Made by a program: the position numbers and the translations under genes
Shown: positions 37,646-38,978 of the stretch, one piece after another
Layout: each line of letters opens with the position of its first letter
How positions within the stretch are numbered: the first letter of the stretch is position 1
Notes under the pieces: generated by a model
Told to the model about the DNA's origin: nothing
Database searches by the model: none
Seen by the model: the letters and a program-made list of their open reading frames with translations, nothing else
Assembly (NCBI GenBank): GCA_046709585.1
Contig: JBKEFO010000001.1
Coordinates: 1-38,978 of the forward strand
Source: Marivirga sp.
GTDB lineage: Bacteria; Bacteroidota; Bacteroidia; Cytophagales; Cyclobacteriaceae
DNA length: 38,978 nucleotides
Direction: 5' to 3'

Positions 37646-38512
37646 TTATCCTGCAGAAACAGCATCTAATAATTTGAGTGCATTAGGACCTAGATTTGCC
37701 ACGATTATTTTTCTATAACTCGCACTAGATTTATATGCTTCCGTTAAGAACTCGGCGAAAGGCTTTTCCCAATCTGAATTACTTGGCATAATAATACCAA
37801 ATTCCTCGGCTGCTTGGTCACCTGCAGGATGTCTTTTTATAGGTTTATTGTTTTGAATTCCATCAAGATAATAAGTAAAGTCCATACTCGCGAAGTACTT
37901 ATCGCTGCTTTCAAGCTTTTTTACTGCTTCGTCAAAATAATTTAAATACTCTATTTTCATGGTCGGATAGTATGTCGACTTTAATTGCTTGATAAAATCC
38001 TCATTCGTCGTTCCTTTGATAGTAAGGGCAATCATTCCATTAAAAGTGTCACCTATTTTGCTAATATCACCTAAGGTAGGCACCGCTTTATTTGTTAAAA
38101 GCATGGCAATATTGGTGATGTAGGCAGGGCTAAAGTTATACTCCTTTTTACGCTTTTCGGTGATGGTTGTATTACTTAAACCGAAAACGCCTCCAGTAGA
38201 TTTTTTGACTGCGGTTAAATAGGTAGTGAAGTTATTCGCATGATCAGTATTGACGGTGCTATTTACCTTAATGCCATATTTATCAAGTAAAAAGAATTCG
38301 AAATCTTCCATAATGGAAACGCATACTCCTTGTACCTGACCATTTACCGCAGAGGCAAAGCCTGGAGCTTCAGAGTAAATGTAGGTGATATTGGCTTGTC
38401 TTGTTTGCTTTGCCTTCTCGAAGCTGTCGCCACTAGTTTGTGCTAGTATGCTGCTGGTTGAGACGAGAAAAAGTGATAAAACACTTAGTGCTATTCGATA
38501 AAATCTTTTCAT
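37646..38512 (-). CDS. Periplasmic substrate-binding protein (family 3 / PBP2 type)
   Basis: Start moved to the ATG at 38512 (MKRFYRIAL... signal peptide); TITEKRKKEYNFSPAY and KGTT motifs of polar amino acid SBPs. Confidence 0.8.
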   Translation of the reverse strand: MKRFYRIALSVLSLFLVSTSSILAQTSGDSFEKAKQTRQANITYIYSEAPGFASAVNGQVQGVCVSIMEDFEFFLLDKYGIKVNSTVNTDHANNFTTYLTAVKKSTGGVFGLSNTTITEKRKKEYNFSPAYITNIAMLLTNKAVPTLGDISKIGDTFNGMIALTIKGTTNEDFIKQLKSTYYPTMKIEYLNYFDEAVKKLESSDKYFASMDFTYYLDGIQNNKPIKRHPAGDQAAEEFGIIMPSNSDWEKPFAEFLTEAYKSSASYRKIIVANLGPNALKLLDAVSAG

Positions 38513-38653
38513 GTGAAGATGTTTTAGGTTCAAAATCAACTTTCAATTAAGTGCTTTATCTTTAATTTATCCAACTCATTTATCGAATAAAGACAGATGT
38601 ATATTAAAGGTGTTTGTTTAGTTCTATTTTGTATCAAATAAGTACCTTTTTTG

Positions 38654-38926
38654 CTACTGACGTTTATTCTTTAATTTTTCATATTCTTTTTCTACATCAC
38701 TTTCTTCATCACTAATGTACGTCTTTACGTAATGTATTGTAATACCAATGCCCCATCCAATAGTAGTAAAGATAGGCCAAGGAAAAGCACCATTAATTCT
38801 TCCACCAGTAAAGTACCAAAGCAGCCATAAGAAGATATTGATGATGATATAGGTCGTGAGGTGTTTCTTAAATGCTACACGCTCTTCCGCTTTTTTCCAA
38901 AGTTTTTCGTCTCTTTGATTTTCCAT
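38654..38926 (-). CDS. 2TM domain membrane protein
   Basis: F..HL..Y..IN..L, WPI....GWGIG...H pattern; two hydrophobic segments. Confidence 0.88.
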   Translation of the reverse strand: MENQRDEKLWKKAEERVAFKKHLTTYIIINIFLWLLWYFTGGRINGAFPWPIFTTIGWGIGITIHYVKTYISDEESDVEKEYEKLKNKRQ

Positions 38927-38978
38927 AGTAATTAATTAAAAGTTTAAAACCACCCCTGCATAAAGGCTTCTTCTTGAC

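Overview
AT-rich, gene-dense chromosomal segment from a Bacteroidota genome, most likely Cytophagales (inferred from T9SS components, TAnnTTTG promoters, PUR/DUF3276 protein, fused E1 dehydrogenase and stand-alone gatB). About 33 CDS are supported, mostly housekeeping and envelope genes: a truncated PKD/beta-propeller surface protein missed by the ORF track, PorP/SprF, M48 protease, PorE-like OmpA protein, PaaE-like reductase, PepF, E1 alpha/beta fusion, hemF, ribE, yjjX, ychF, T9SS plug, an ECF sigma/anti-sigma pair, dprA, MerR, CapA, M23, alaS, gatB and TlpA. I saw no tRNA, rRNA, mobile element or CRISPR array. Three signals stand out. (1) An intact solitary Cas6 (21552-22337) sits among core genes with no other cas gene or array in the window and has a hairpin abutting its start codon; it is a candidate domesticated RNA-processing or regulatory protein. 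(2) A ~170-nt, multiply nested, base-paired element lies between convergent genes (25604-25772) and is a candidate ncRNA. (3) An ECF sigma with a dual-membrane-spanning (beta-barrel) anti-sigma is transcribed head-to-head with the T9SS plug gene. All family calls come from motif recognition by eye; no database search was run.
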